58,258 nucleotides of DNA from Planctomycetota bacterium (GTDB lineage: Bacteria > Planctomycetota > Planctomycetia > JALXBF01). The stretch spans positions 1-58,258 of the forward strand of contig JALXBF010000096.1 of assembly GCA_026991575.1 (NCBI GenBank), given 5' to 3'. Positions 9,611 to 20,375 of this stretch are shown here, piece after piece. The notes beneath the pieces were generated by a model. The model worked only from the letters and a program-made list of their open reading frames with translations, was not told the origin of the DNA and made no database searches. Position numbers and translations under genes: made by a program. Within the stretch, counting starts at the first letter, position 1. The number at the start of each line of letters is the position of its first letter.

Positions 9611-12139
9611 TCATCGCCCCCTGCCCCATTCGATCCGACGCAGTGCCACGTCCAGAACCAGAAGCACCATCGCTGCTGCTAGCAACCAGGGCCAGAGTGC
9701 CACGGGACGCTGGGCTGTACGACCGTCAGCGCGAAACGCTTCTTCAGGCCGTAGTCCGGCCCTGCCTCCGGACAGTCGCGCAATGGCTTGCATGAGCTGC
9801 TGGTCCGGTGGACCAACGCGAAGCTCCTCAGGGTAGCCTCTGGTCAGGACCCGGCTCAGGACACGTTCGGTCCCATCCGCCAGCCGTTGACGCACGCGCA
9901 ACTGATAGCTGCCCGGTTCACTGGCTTCAAACGTCGCCTCGAAGCGTCCCGGTGCTTTCGGGACCATGTCCACCTGCCGGCTGCTACCGTCAGGTGCGAG
10001 GACCAAGAGCTCGGTGTCGGCCTCGTTGACGAATTCGCCGTTGGTGGTCAGGGCATCCATGCGCACGGTAACCGTCTGCTCGTCCAGGTGCAAGGAGAGG
10101 CTTGTTCCTAGTGCTTCCGATTGACGCATGGCAAAGCGGAGCACCTGAGCCCAGAACGCGCCGAACTCCGGCCACTGCAGCCACTCCGCGGCCCACCGGC
10201 TGTGCACATCCGACGTGAAGGCCACGGTGATCCCCAGGCCGAACCGCCAGTAGGCCAAAAGCGGATGGCCGGGACCGGCCGTCAGGACCACCTCTGCAGT
10301 GGGTTTCGGCCGCGTGATCACGTAGCCGAGCAACAAGGGGGCGGCCTCGAAATCGATGCCTTCGGTCATCGGTGATGGCCGAACGACATCAATCAGAGTG
10401 GGTTCTTCGTTCAGTGCGGACTTAGTGGCCTGAGCCGTTTCCTTCGCGAAGATCTGTGGCAGGACCGTCGGGTCGTCGGTGCGGTAGTAGCGGCCGCGTC
10501 CCAGTTCCGCGATGCGCTGCAGCAATCCGGCGTCATGGTCGGGGCCGACACCGACCGTGGAGACGGTAATCCGCTCAGCTGCCATCTGGGTGGTGATTCC
10601 CTCGAAGTCACCCGGTGCAGAGATGCCATCGGTCAGCAGAATAACGTGCTTGACTTTCGCAGGCGTTCTGCTGAGCTGCTCATAGGCGGCAACCATCGGT
10701 GGGTACATCGCCGTGCCACCCCCGGCCTCCAGCCGCGCAACCGCATCTATCAGGAACGCACGATTTGCGGCCGACTGCAGCTCTGCAATCCAGAAGTATT
10801 CACTCTCGAAAGCGATCACACCTACCAGGTCACGTGGCCCTAGCAGTTCGATAGCGTTCCGTGCCGCCTCCTTGGCCATCTCGATCTTGATGCCCCCCAT
10901 CGAGCCGGACTTGTCGATGATCAGCACCATGGCCGTTACGGGTCGGTCCCGCTCGCGCTGGATGTCGCAACGCACGGGTAGCAATTGCTCGAGCACCGTC
11001 CGATAGTAGCCTCCTAACCCGAACGACTCATCGCCGCCAACCATCACCAGCCCGCCGCCAAACCGTTCCACGTACGTGCGAAGCTGTTCCATCTGTCGCG
11101 TGCTCAGCATCGTCGCGGGCACGTTCGACAGGACGACAGCATCGAATTCCAGCAGCTCTGCCAGGGTGTCCGGTAGACCGCGAGGGGGCCGAACCTCGAC
11201 ATTCATGCCGTTCCGCCGTAAAGCCCGGGCCAGATGACGGCCGAGATCGACACGTTGCTCGACGATGAGCACACGCGGGCGGCCTCGGCTATAGACGATC
11301 GTGCCGAGCTGATTGTTATCCAGAAACGTGTCGTGCTCCGCGCGGACGGCTGCTTCGTACCGTGCGAACTTCTCATCGTTGAGCCGATCGCGAAAGCGCA
11401 GGCGTTCGGTGCCCGGCTTCAACGTGAGACGGCGTTCGGCGACCTTCAGACCGTTCCGGTACAGTCGCACCGTAGCCGGCATCTGGCGATTGGCCGTCAC
11501 TTCGACGTCAACGTAAAAGGGTTCCTCCGGGGGAACCTGCGTCGGGCCAGATACTGCAGCAACCTGTACCTCCGGTTCGTCGCGTCCGGGCAAGGTGAGT
11601 GTGTCGACGGGAATACCAAGCGATGCCGCAGCCTGGCGCGCACGGCCCCGTGTCTGGCGGCCGTCACTCAGCAGCACGATCCGCGGCACGTAGCCGGGCG
11701 GGATCCGGGCTCTCGCGGTGAGCAACGCTTGTTCAATGTCCGTGTCCTTCTGGTCCGCTTCACCCAACGGCTCCCTGGCAGGCCACTCGGTCATTGTGTC
11801 GCCGGCGCGGGCGGCGAAGAACATGATGGCCGCACGGTGCGAACCTTTCTGTTTCAGTGCCTCGCGCACGAACGTTTCTGCTTCCTCGGTGGCACGTTGT
11901 CCGACACTCTGGCTGGCATCCACCAGAAACAGGACAAACTGTTGCGTGTTGCTACGGAGCAGCACGACGCGCGCAAGGGCGGCGGTCACCAGCAGCAGGA
12001 TCAAGGCGCGAACCACGGCCGAAGCGATGCGCTGGGCCAAGGAAAAATCCGAAAGGCTGCGCCAGAACCAGAGGCCGACCCAGGGCAAAAGCACGAGGAC
12101 TAACAACAGCCACCCGGGTTCTACCACTTCCAGGGCCAT
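9611..12139 (-). CDS. VWA-domain membrane protein with glutamine-amidotransferase-like domain
   Basis: Two MIDAS-type motifs (LVDASQSV, IIDKSGSM), LLSDG/LLTDG motifs, GGGLVMVGGDESFGLGGY, N- and C-terminal TM helices. ATG 12139 follows GGAGG. Confidence 0.85.
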   Translation of the reverse strand: MALEVVEPGWLLLVLVLLPWVGLWFWRSLSDFSLAQRIASAVVRALILLLVTAALARVVLLRSNTQQFVLFLVDASQSVGQRATEEAETFVREALKQKGSHRAAIMFFAARAGDTMTEWPAREPLGEADQKDTDIEQALLTARARIPPGYVPRIVLLSDGRQTRGRARQAAASLGIPVDTLTLPGRDEPEVQVAAVSGPTQVPPEEPFYVDVEVTANRQMPATVRLYRNGLKVAERRLTLKPGTERLRFRDRLNDEKFARYEAAVRAEHDTFLDNNQLGTIVYSRGRPRVLIVEQRVDLGRHLARALRRNGMNVEVRPPRGLPDTLAELLEFDAVVLSNVPATMLSTRQMEQLRTYVERFGGGLVMVGGDESFGLGGYYRTVLEQLLPVRCDIQRERDRPVTAMVLIIDKSGSMGGIKIEMAKEAARNAIELLGPRDLVGVIAFESEYFWIAELQSAANRAFLIDAVARLEAGGGTAMYPPMVAAYEQLSRTPAKVKHVILLTDGISAPGDFEGITTQMAAERITVSTVGVGPDHDAGLLQRIAELGRGRYYRTDDPTVLPQIFAKETAQATKSALNEEPTLIDVVRPSPMTEGIDFEAAPLLLGYVITRPKPTAEVVLTAGPGHPLLAYWRFGLGITVAFTSDVHSRWAAEWLQWPEFGAFWAQVLRFAMRQSEALGTSLSLHLDEQTVTVRMDALTTNGEFVNEADTELLVLAPDGSSRQVDMVPKAPGRFEATFEASEPGSYQLRVRQRLADGTERVLSRVLTRGYPEELRVGPPDQQLMQAIARLSGGRAGLRPEEAFRADGRTAQRPVALWPWLLAAAMVLLVLDVALRRIEWGRGR

Positions 12140-12358
12140 TGTCCTCCTCGACCCGAGACTTGCCGCCAACGCGCGAACGTGACGCGCCGCCTAATTCTAG
12201 CCGAATCACGCGCTTCGTAACCGCCCCGTAGGCCGAATGGTAGAAGCATCCCCTCTTCGTCGCCCCTGCTCGCGTCTCCTGTTGGTGGCTGTGCGGCCTG
12301 TGACTATCCCCGACCGGCGCCGGCGGACCGCCGCAAATGGTCAAGCGTGACACGAGCG

Positions 12359-13498
12359 TCACGGCGCGGTTCCGCTCTGGCCCGTCCTGCTGCCGCGCTG
12401 GTGCGTTTCGCTGATGACGCCGCGTAACAGGACCGTAGCACTGACGGTCGGCTGACGAGGATGGTCCAACCGGAATACGACCTGGACCAGCTGGTCGGAA
12501 CGAGCGGACTCAGGCGCCGGGGACCAGGTCAGGCGAACACGGGGCGGGGTGTCGGACAGGGAACGTTCGACCAGCAGCCCCGGAGGCTGCCGATCGACGA
12601 CGACGGACCGCACGGGCGGTCTGGAGTCTCGATTTGCACTGAGCAATTCGATGTCGACGTGCCTACCGGGTATCAGCACAGCGGCTCTCGGCTTGGCGCG
12701 CCAGGGTGCTATAGCGTGCCAGGAGACGCGGACGTAGACGTGTCGAGAAGGGGAATCCCAGTGGGTCAGACGCACGGGTCTACTAAAAGTAATGGAAATC
12801 GTGTCGGATCGGGAGCCCGGCGTCGGGCCGGTTCGCACCAACACGTTCACCGGCGTGGTCCACTCTACGAAAGCATGCCAGCGACCCGTCCGGCGCGGCT
12901 TGCCAAGCACGACGGATACCCGATTGCTGAGGGAACGGGCCGCGGTTACTCTCAGGCTAGGGCGCCGGTGTGCCTGCTCGCGGATTACGACCCGAACCTG
13001 CGCCTGGAGCTCGGTCGAAAGCGGTACGGTTCCCAGATTGAGGGAGCGGGGCGCGATGCTCAGGCGAGGTGCTGCTCGGACACGAAACGTGTACCGCAAC
13101 AGGTGCTCGCGCTTGCCGATCAGCACCACCGGAACCGTGTGCCTGATGTCGGCCGGTTCCGGGAAGTCCCACCGGAACTGCACCCGCAGGGTTGCCTCTC
13201 CGCGCGGCGCCAGCTTGGTCGGGGAGACCGTGGCCGTGACGTAGCCAAGCACGGGGGCGACTTCAGCTACGTCGAGCGGCTCGTCGGAAGGGTTGGTGAT
13301 AACGGTCGTAGCCTCGACAACGAACGGCCGGTCGCCGCCAACCAGGGCTGGTGGCACCTTGATTTCCGGCTCCGGTCCCGTCCAGATCGGGGCGCAGCCG
13401 GCTGCCGGTATCATGAGCGCAAAGGCCAGCAGTGACAGGAGCACGCGGGGTCGCCGCAAATGGGCCCTGTGCTGCCTGACAGCCCAGACCACAGCCAT
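12359..13498 (-). CDS. Putative lipoprotein with Ig-like (DUF1573-like) beta-sandwich domains
   Basis: Hydrophobic leader ending AAGC (lipobox-like). ITNPSDEPLDV...KLAPRGEATLRV and PRSLNLG patterns are typical of DUF1573/Ig-like repeats. GAGG upstream. Confidence 0.55.
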   Translation of the reverse strand: MAVVWAVRQHRAHLRRPRVLLSLLAFALMIPAAGCAPIWTGPEPEIKVPPALVGGDRPFVVEATTVITNPSDEPLDVAEVAPVLGYVTATVSPTKLAPRGEATLRVQFRWDFPEPADIRHTVPVVLIGKREHLLRYTFRVRAAPRLSIAPRSLNLGTVPLSTELQAQVRVVIREQAHRRPSLRVTAARSLSNRVSVVLGKPRRTGRWHAFVEWTTPVNVLVRTGPTPGSRSDTISITFSRPVRLTHWDSPSRHVYVRVSWHAIAPWRAKPRAAVLIPGRHVDIELLSANRDSRPPVRSVVVDRQPPGLLVERSLSDTPPRVRLTWSPAPESARSDQLVQVVFRLDHPRQPTVSATVLLRGVISETHQRGSRTGQSGTAP

Positions 13499-13712
13499 CG
13501 CCTGCCTCTCACGCGCCTGGCCCCCGATCGATTCTACCGTCCGTCAGGATCGACTCTGGCCGCATCGAACGGACTGGTCTTGACGGCTTCTAAGTCAATG
13601 TCTCCAATCCAGCTGGCGGCGACGCCAACGCGACTCCACGGTTGCCTTAAGCCCGTTGCTGACGGTTGTTGAAGCGGCCATCAGGGGCAGGGAACGTACG
13701 TGAGACAGTGTC

Positions 13713-14444
13713 GTGCGACTCGTACGTGGCCCCCAGGACAAGTCGTCCGTAGTCAGTCCCACACGACTGCCGGAGACAGTCTGGGTCGTGGTTGCCGCCT
13801 TTCGGGAAGCGGAGCGATTAGGCCCGGTCCTGAATGAACTGCTGACGGTGGCTTCCAACGTTGTCGTCGTTGACGACGGATCGGATGATGGGACGTCCGA
13901 CGTTGCGCTGCGGTTTCCAGTCTGGGTACTGCGGCATGTGCTGAACCTGGGCCAAGGGGCCGCGCTGCAGACAGGTATACATTTCGCACTTCGGCAGGGA
14001 GCTAAGTACGTTGCAACATTCGATGCGGACGGCCAGCACGATCCGAGGGATCTACCACGGCTCTATCGCGCTCTTATCGACAACGACGCCGACTTTGCAC
14101 TTGGCTCCCGTTTCATCGGCGCGTCTCCCGGCATACCGCGATCGCGTCGCCTTGTGCTTCGCGCGGGCGTGTGGTTCACACGCCTGGTCTCCGGCATCAA
14201 AGTAACCGACACACACAACGGTATCAGGATGTTCACGCGAAGAGGGGCTGAGCGGATCCGGATCACGTTGAACCGCATGGCCCACGCTAGCGAGATCCTG
14301 GACCAGATCGCTCAATCGGGCCTGCGCTACGTGGAAGTGCCGGTGACGGTCCGCTACAGCTTGGAGACCCTCTCTAAGGGCCAGCGCAACCGGCACGCTC
14401 TGGCCATCGCAGCGGCTATCCTGGGGGATCGCCTGGCAACATGA
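13713..14444 (+). CDS. Glycosyltransferase family 2 (DPM1-like polyprenol-phosphate glycosyltransferase)
   Basis: VVVVDDGSDD, NLGQGAAL, TFDADGQH, GSRF and DTHNGIR motifs. Start uncertain. Confidence 0.9.
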   Translation: MRLVRGPQDKSSVVSPTRLPETVWVVVAAFREAERLGPVLNELLTVASNVVVVDDGSDDGTSDVALRFPVWVLRHVLNLGQGAALQTGIHFALRQGAKYVATFDADGQHDPRDLPRLYRALIDNDADFALGSRFIGASPGIPRSRRLVLRAGVWFTRLVSGIKVTDTHNGIRMFTRRGAERIRITLNRMAHASEILDQIAQSGLRYVEVPVTVRYSLETLSKGQRNRHALAIAAAILGDRLAT

Positions 14445-14818
14445 CCGTGTTCCAATGGATTGTCGTTCCACTGGCGACCTTGCTCGCGGTATACCAGGTC
14501 CGCATCGCGTTCCGCCAGCGCGCGCGACTGGTGCCGGGCATGGTGTGGGCGTCTGTGTTCGGCGCCATAGCGGTATGTGTCGGCAGACCTGGCATCCCGA
14601 ACCAGCTTGCCCACTGGCTTGGCATCGGACGTGGTGCCGACCTGGTCCTGTACAGCACAGCTGTGTTGCTCATCCTGGCACTTCGCTGGTCGTATGCCCG
14701 CTACCGTTACCTGGAGCAAGTGCACACGGCGTTGGTCCGCGAGTTGGCTCTGGAAAGGGCACGCTTCGGAGGTCAGGTTGCTCGCGACGCTCAGCCCCAG
14801 GCGCGAAAGTCAGCCTGA
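14441..14818 (+). CDS. DUF2304-family membrane protein
   Basis: Three TM segments, LGIGRGADLVLY and LVRELAL motifs. ATGA overlap with the upstream GT2, the usual pairing for this family. Confidence 0.85.
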   Translation: MTVFQWIVVPLATLLAVYQVRIAFRQRARLVPGMVWASVFGAIAVCVGRPGIPNQLAHWLGIGRGADLVLYSTAVLLILALRWSYARYRYLEQVHTALVRELALERARFGGQVARDAQPQARKSA

Positions 14819-15096
14819 GGCGATGCGCCGTAGGTAGGACGACTGGCAACTTCGGGTACCCGACAGCATATCGACCCGCGGAATTGCCTGATCCGTGTGT
14901 ACGCCAGCCAGGCCCATCGGCAGAGACCTCGATGATGCGGCCGATTGCCCTCAATCGTGGAATTCGCGTGACGAGCGGCGAAGACGCGCACTGGTTCTTG
15001 CGTGATGGGTCACGCCCAACCTGTACACGGCCAAACACAGCGCGGTCTGTTGGAGTGGTTGACCGCGATGGATCGAACACAGGAGGCTAGACACGC

Positions 15097-16734
15097 ATGA
15101 GTCGCAAGCGCCCGTACGGCGCCATACGAGCCCTGGGAAAGCGCGCGCGGCACCCCGTGGGTCGCGTGTTCCTCCTTGCCCTGGCGATTCGTGTCGCATT
15201 CTGGGCTGCAGTGGCTACGCTCGGGGCTAATCGCCTGGGCAAGCCGGGGGCGGACAGCTACTGTTACGACCTTCTTGGTCGATCGCTCGCAAACGGCAAC
15301 GGGTTCGTCTGGATCTGCCGGCAGGTTCGGCCGGACCAACACCCTGTGCAACTCCACCTACTCTGGCATGCGCGTCCCGAGGGTGCGATTGAAACGGTAA
15401 CTGAACTGGGCGACGCCGTCGATTTCTCGCGCTTTCGCAATTGGCTTTGCCACGGCTCTGGACTGGGAACCGTCCGAGCTACGGCGCTGCCCAGCATGAA
15501 GGCGGCCTACCCGGCACCTGGATACCCGCTAATTCTCGCGGCGGCCTACTGGCTCCTGCCGTCAGCGGCAATTGCCGCTGTCACGCTGCTGCAGTGTTTG
15601 ATCGATGCGCTGACCGCTGCGCTGATCAGCGTCGCGATCCGCTGCTACGCGCCACGAGCGCCATCGTGGCTCCATTATGCCTGGGTTGCGTATTTGCCAG
15701 CCGTGACGGTGGCCAACGAAGTGCTGACGGAGAGCTTCTCCGTGGGGCTTGCGTTAGCTGCGGTCGTTGCAGTGCTGGCATTCGAAGCGCGCTGGCACGT
15801 GCTTGCGGTTGCTGCCATGGCACTTGCGTGCGCCGTACTCATCCGCCCACAGTTCGTGCTTCTTTCCGTGGTGGTTGCTGCGGTGTACGTTGCCCGGCTG
15901 CGCCGCCGAAGTGCCGCTGCGTTGGCTTGGGCCGTCCTGCCGGTGCTGTTAAGCGGTGCGGTCCTCGTCTCGTGGGCGACCAGAAACTGGTACCATTTTG
16001 GCCGCTTTGCCGTGGCTCCATCGGGAGGGGGCTTGCTGTTCTATTCGCTCGCCGCGCCGGCATGGGCCGACTGGTACGGCGACGGACGGCTGCGCACCGG
16101 GGTGCGCGAACTGCTCCGTCAGTATGCGGATCGGCTCTTCGATCGACCTCGGAACGTGTTCGACTTTTCCGATCAGCTCAGAGTATGCGGCAAGGACTGG
16201 CTGCGGCGGCACTGGCCCGCGTCTATTCGATTTGCCCTGAAGGCTGTAGGACGTAAACTCGTGGGGGTGCGTCACATTGCCGATCCAGCGCGACGTCTTC
16301 TTGGCGAGGAGCGACACGGTCGGTTACTGGCGTTCTGGCACACCTGGGGCCGGCGCGGCACAACCAGTATCACGCTGTTTGTTGCCCTGTGGGCGGTCGT
16401 ATCGGCCATGACGGCCGTGGCCGTTACCGCCCGCTGTGCGTTGGCCGTATTGCTCACACGTGCCTTCCGTGACCCGATACGACTTGCCCTCCTTGCCTGC
16501 TGCGTGCTGACCGCTTTGCCCGTCTTGCCCCTGGCAAACCGTCGCTACGTCGTACACTTCCTGCCCTTCTGGATCATGGCCGCTGGCATCCTGCTGGCAC
16601 CGGCCAACCCGGCACACTGTGCCAGAGACAACCGACCCAGGAAAGACGCCTCGGGTGATCGGTCGCCGGGTGCGGCTGCGGGGCCATCGGGCGGACAGCA
16701 CCTCGGCGGGCCGGCACGGCGGACGGCTGCGTAG
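15097..16734 (+). CDS. GT-C fold (ArnT/PMT-like) polytopic membrane glycosyltransferase
   Basis: DSYCY loop after TM1, PGYPLILA, LTES, LIRP and WATRNW motifs, many TM helices. GGAGG upstream. Confidence 0.7.
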   Translation: MSRKRPYGAIRALGKRARHPVGRVFLLALAIRVAFWAAVATLGANRLGKPGADSYCYDLLGRSLANGNGFVWICRQVRPDQHPVQLHLLWHARPEGAIETVTELGDAVDFSRFRNWLCHGSGLGTVRATALPSMKAAYPAPGYPLILAAAYWLLPSAAIAAVTLLQCLIDALTAALISVAIRCYAPRAPSWLHYAWVAYLPAVTVANEVLTESFSVGLALAAVVAVLAFEARWHVLAVAAMALACAVLIRPQFVLLSVVVAAVYVARLRRRSAAALAWAVLPVLLSGAVLVSWATRNWYHFGRFAVAPSGGGLLFYSLAAPAWADWYGDGRLRTGVRELLRQYADRLFDRPRNVFDFSDQLRVCGKDWLRRHWPASIRFALKAVGRKLVGVRHIADPARRLLGEERHGRLLAFWHTWGRRGTTSITLFVALWAVVSAMTAVAVTARCALAVLLTRAFRDPIRLALLACCVLTALPVLPLANRRYVVHFLPFWIMAAGILLAPANPAHCARDNRPRKDASGDRSPGAAAGPSGGQHLGGPARRTAA

Positions 16735-16962
16735 ACATGCTCCAACGCTTGCCGGCTACTGCCGCGTGCCCATTGCGCCACCGGACCGTGCAAGGGGAAC
16801 GGCTACAAGCGGGCGGAGGCTGGCAGGGTCAAGCAGTCGCGAGCGTGCTGTGGGGTGAAGCTTGAGCAAAGAGCGGGAGGCTTGAGCCTACGAACCACCC
16901 GGCGGACCGCGTGACGGAAGCAGCCTGCTTCTCAGATAGCGCCCTGCTCATGCTATTGGCCT

Positions 16963-17784
16963 TCACGGATTGCTGGGCCCGTTGCGCAAGGTGGTTCTCT
17001 TCCACAGCCAGTACACAAGTCGTGGCGGCGCGGCCTGGGCTGCCGTTTCTACCAGGCACCGGACCGATGCGCCGCGCGGCCGTTGGCCCGGCAACTGCCG
17101 CTTGATCCAAGTGGTGGCCCGGAGGGTTGAGCGGACCCGGTTGCTTTTTACCGAGCTATCGTGCAAACGGTACCGCACCAAAGGTACCGGCACGTTGGCA
17201 AGCGAGTAGCCGGCCAGCGCGACGCGGCACCACAGCCAGTAGTCCTCCGCGCCCAGTCCCACGGGGGTATCCACGTAGCCGCCCAGCGCCATCGCAACCT
17301 CCCGACGGAACATGGCCGTAGGGTGGGCGATCGGGTTGTAGTATCGGAGAGTGCGGCGAACTTGCTCAGGTTCCGTCGGATAACGACGGAAACCGCGCGA
17401 TTGCCCACAGGCGTCGATGATCTCAAGCCACGAGCCGACGACCGCCACCGACCGGTGCTCGTCTAGGAATCCCAACTGTCGTTCGATCCGGTCCGGCAGG
17501 CTCACGTCATCGGCATCCTGGCGTGCCACCACGGGAGCCTGGCACCGTTCCAGTCCGAAGTTGAGCTGCTCGGCAAGGCATGTCGCATCCGGTGTCGTGT
17601 AGTGCCGGATTCTGCTGTCCTGGAACGAGCGCAGCAGGGCGTCGACTGCGACGTGCGACGGCCGCTCGACAACAACAAGCTCCCAGTCGGGAAACGACTG
17701 GTTCACGATGCTGGCGACTGCCTCCCGCAGCCACTCCAGATTGGGACGCCATACAGGCAGCAAGACGGAGACGGTGGGTGCCAT
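16963..17784 (-). CDS. Glycosyltransferase family 2
   Basis: VSVLLPV, ARQDADDVSLPDRIERQ, HPTAMFRR and AEDYWLW motifs. Start moved to ATG 17784. Confidence 0.9.
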   Translation of the reverse strand: MAPTVSVLLPVWRPNLEWLREAVASIVNQSFPDWELVVVERPSHVAVDALLRSFQDSRIRHYTTPDATCLAEQLNFGLERCQAPVVARQDADDVSLPDRIERQLGFLDEHRSVAVVGSWLEIIDACGQSRGFRRYPTEPEQVRRTLRYYNPIAHPTAMFRREVAMALGGYVDTPVGLGAEDYWLWCRVALAGYSLANVPVPLVRYRLHDSSVKSNRVRSTLRATTWIKRQLPGQRPRGASVRCLVETAAQAAPPRLVYWLWKRTTLRNGPSNP

Positions 17785-18233
17785 GTTGTTGCCCCGGGGA
17801 GGTACCGGGTTGCTACCGCGCGTGAGCACTGCCGCACCCGAAGCATTGGCCAGGCGGTGCCTGGCGCGCGCCGGGGACCCAAGGCCTGTTGTGCCGGCTT
17901 GGCCGACTGTTGTCCAGCGGAAAAGCCGCCGCGGGCCCGGCTCTGAGAACCGGCGCCGCAGCGGAACCGGTTCCTTGGGCACGGCCTGGTAACCGGGCGC
18001 TCTAGCGGCGGATTGGCGGCGGCCAGGTGGAACTGCGGCTGCTTCGGGCTTGCGTCCGAGTGTTCGTTTCGGAACACTGCGTGCGCACGAAGCGATTGCC
18101 ACGATGGTGGTCCAGCCGGGGAGAGTGCACCGAGACACAGACGGGCTCGGAACCGCACGTAGAACCGACGCCCGCGGGGCCGCGTCCCGAGAAGAGCTAT
18201 TGATGCAGGCCTGATACAGAGTGTTGACCGGTC

Positions 18234-19034
18234 ATGAATGCTGTTCCGGTGCCACAGGCAAGAGGCGAATCGTCGCAGGGGGAGCTGCCCCGCTACGAGG
18301 CAGCGACCGGCAGGATGCGGCGGGAGCGTCTCAGGCTCGGCGCCAACCTGGCCCGGCTTGCGATCTCGATTGCTAACCCCTACCTTCCACGGCCACGGTC
18401 ACAGTGCATCGTGCTCGACTGCGGCTGTGGCTACGGCCAGACCACACTGGGACTGGCTCGCCTATGTGCCCACGTGGTCGGTTGCGACCCGTGCGCGTCA
18501 ATGGTTGAGGAAGCACGCAGGTTGCAGCGAGCCGCAGGGGTGGCCAACGCCGACTTTCTCGTCTGCTCTGCAGACCAGGTGCCGGACCGGGACCGCTACG
18601 ACCTCGTGCTGCTCGATAATGTGCTGGAGCATATCCCGAACCAGGAAGAATCCCTGCGAGCGCTACGGCGCGCGTTGCGTTCCGACGGTGTGCTGCTGAT
18701 CATCGTGCCCAATCGGCTCTGGCCGATTGAGGTGCACTATCGGCTGCCATTCCTGTCGTACCTGCCGCTCCCCCTGGCGAATGCCTATCTTCGGCTCACG
18801 GGCCGAGGCTACGACTACTCCGACGCATCCTATGCGCCAACGTACTGGCGGCTGGAACGCCTGCTTCAGACCACGGGTTTCCGCAGATGGGAGTATGTCA
18901 TCCCTGGTGAATCGACGCTGCAGTGCACGATGGCTGGTGGGCCGTGGCATTACCGAATCGGCGCGCGGTTACTGAAACGCTTTCCCATGTTGTGGGCGAT
19001 CGCAAAGGCGTTTGTCGTGGTGGCGTGGAAGTAG
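18234..19034 (+). CDS. Class I SAM-dependent methyltransferase
   Basis: VLDCGCGYG motif I, NVLEHIP and GVLLIIVPNR motifs. Confidence 0.9.
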   Translation: MNAVPVPQARGESSQGELPRYEAATGRMRRERLRLGANLARLAISIANPYLPRPRSQCIVLDCGCGYGQTTLGLARLCAHVVGCDPCASMVEEARRLQRAAGVANADFLVCSADQVPDRDRYDLVLLDNVLEHIPNQEESLRALRRALRSDGVLLIIVPNRLWPIEVHYRLPFLSYLPLPLANAYLRLTGRGYDYSDASYAPTYWRLERLLQTTGFRRWEYVIPGESTLQCTMAGGPWHYRIGARLLKRFPMLWAIAKAFVVVAWK

Positions 19035-19388
19035 CCATTGAGTCGCAACGCGTGTGCGCATCACCGGAGACGGCCGATGGTGGCGTCCGTGTTACTTGTT
19101 CGGACACGTTGCCTGTGCCAGGTCGCCCGGGTGGGCCACCAAGCTCCGGCACATGGGTGTGTGCGGGTCGCTGCGGGGGTAGGCCCTGTGCAGACCTGCG
19201 GGCATTGACTGGAAAGGACGGGCCCCTTCGGCACTCTGGCACTCGTGCTCCGACGCGAGTATCCGGGACAGGGGTAGGGCCTGTTGCCGGCCCGCTCGCC
19301 AGCCCACTCGAGCGACAGGCGCGTAGATGGCCGTTCGATCAGGTGGCTCTGTAGCCGGGCAAGGGAGGATCCACACCAGGAGCAGGCC

Positions 19389-20375
19389 ATGGACGGGGAC
19401 CGTTCCGTCGTTGCCACATGCAACCGTGCGGCAAGCGTCCGGTGGTTGTTCATTGTCGGATGCCCAAAGTGCGGCACTACCGCCCTGCACACGCTTCTTT
19501 CGCGACATCCTCTTATCGATGGCTCCCGCCCGAAGGAGCCACACTACTGGTGCGTGGACTTCCACCGGCTAAGCGACGACTACCACGGCGACCGCGTCTT
19601 TTTCTCCGTCCGGCGGTGGGACCAATACATGGCATGTTTTCGCGCCCTGGGGCCCGAGCGGCTGGCACTGGATAGCAGCACGTCGTACCTGCGTTCGGAG
19701 CGCGCCCCGGTGTTGGTCGCGGAGCGATGCCCGGACGCCCGGGTTATCATCTGCCTGCGCGATCCAAAACGGGTACTCGTATCACTGCATAAGGAGTTCT
19801 TAAGAGACGGCTATGAGTCGATCCCGGAGCCGATAGCGGCGATTGAAGCATCGTCGATCAGAGCCAGAGGAGAGCAGGCATCGGAGGCTGCCCCGTTCCC
19901 CGCATGGCTCGACTATTGGGCGTGGGTCGACTGGCCGGCGCAGATCCAGCGCTGGATGGACGCAGTTGGTCCGGACCGTGTGTACGTGGTCATCCAGGAG
20001 GAGTTTGCCGGTGAGAACGCTTGCACCGTGCGCCGGCTCCTGGCATGGCTGGGGCTTCCGGAGCTGCGTCTGGACCACGGTCACCGTCCGGTGAACACGT
20101 ACGCAGCCCGACGGCCGGCACGCTGGGCACGGCTGCTGCTGCGACCGCGGGTGCGTGCGATGGTGCGCCAGCTGGTGCCGCCCACAGCATACGACGTCGT
20201 GTGGGCGTGGGCATCGCGACTGCTTACGCGACCGGTCGACGACCGCACCAGGCAACGCGAGCAGCTGGCGGTCGCCGAGGTGGCAAGCGCGTTTGCCACG
20301 CGGATCGGGGACCTCGTTGCCGCAACCTCTGAACTGCTTAAGCGCGACCTCGCGGCGCTGTGGGGGTATCGGTAA
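19389..20375 (+). CDS. Sulfotransferase
   Basis: FIVGCPKCGTTAL 5'-PSB loop, KEPHYW and IICLRDP...VS 3'-PB motif. ATG 19389 follows AGGAG. Confidence 0.88.
   Translation: MDGDRSVVATCNRAASVRWLFIVGCPKCGTTALHTLLSRHPLIDGSRPKEPHYWCVDFHRLSDDYHGDRVFFSVRRWDQYMACFRALGPERLALDSSTSYLRSERAPVLVAERCPDARVIICLRDPKRVLVSLHKEFLRDGYESIPEPIAAIEASSIRARGEQASEAAPFPAWLDYWAWVDWPAQIQRWMDAVGPDRVYVVIQEEFAGENACTVRRLLAWLGLPELRLDHGHRPVNTYAARRPARWARLLLRPRVRAMVRQLVPPTAYDVVWAWASRLLTRPVDDRTRQREQLAVAEVASAFATRIGDLVAATSELLKRDLAALWGYR

Noticed and set aside
12461..13435. 324-aa plus-strand ORF
   Set aside because: Antisense shadow of the better-supported lipoprotein gene at 12359..13498.
19440..19490. Self-targeting of the host sulfotransferase by the two homologous spacers
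   Set aside because: Only a loose peptide-level resemblance (FIVGCPK vs IFGLPR). No nucleotide match seen, and I saw no protospacer for any spacer in the window by eye.
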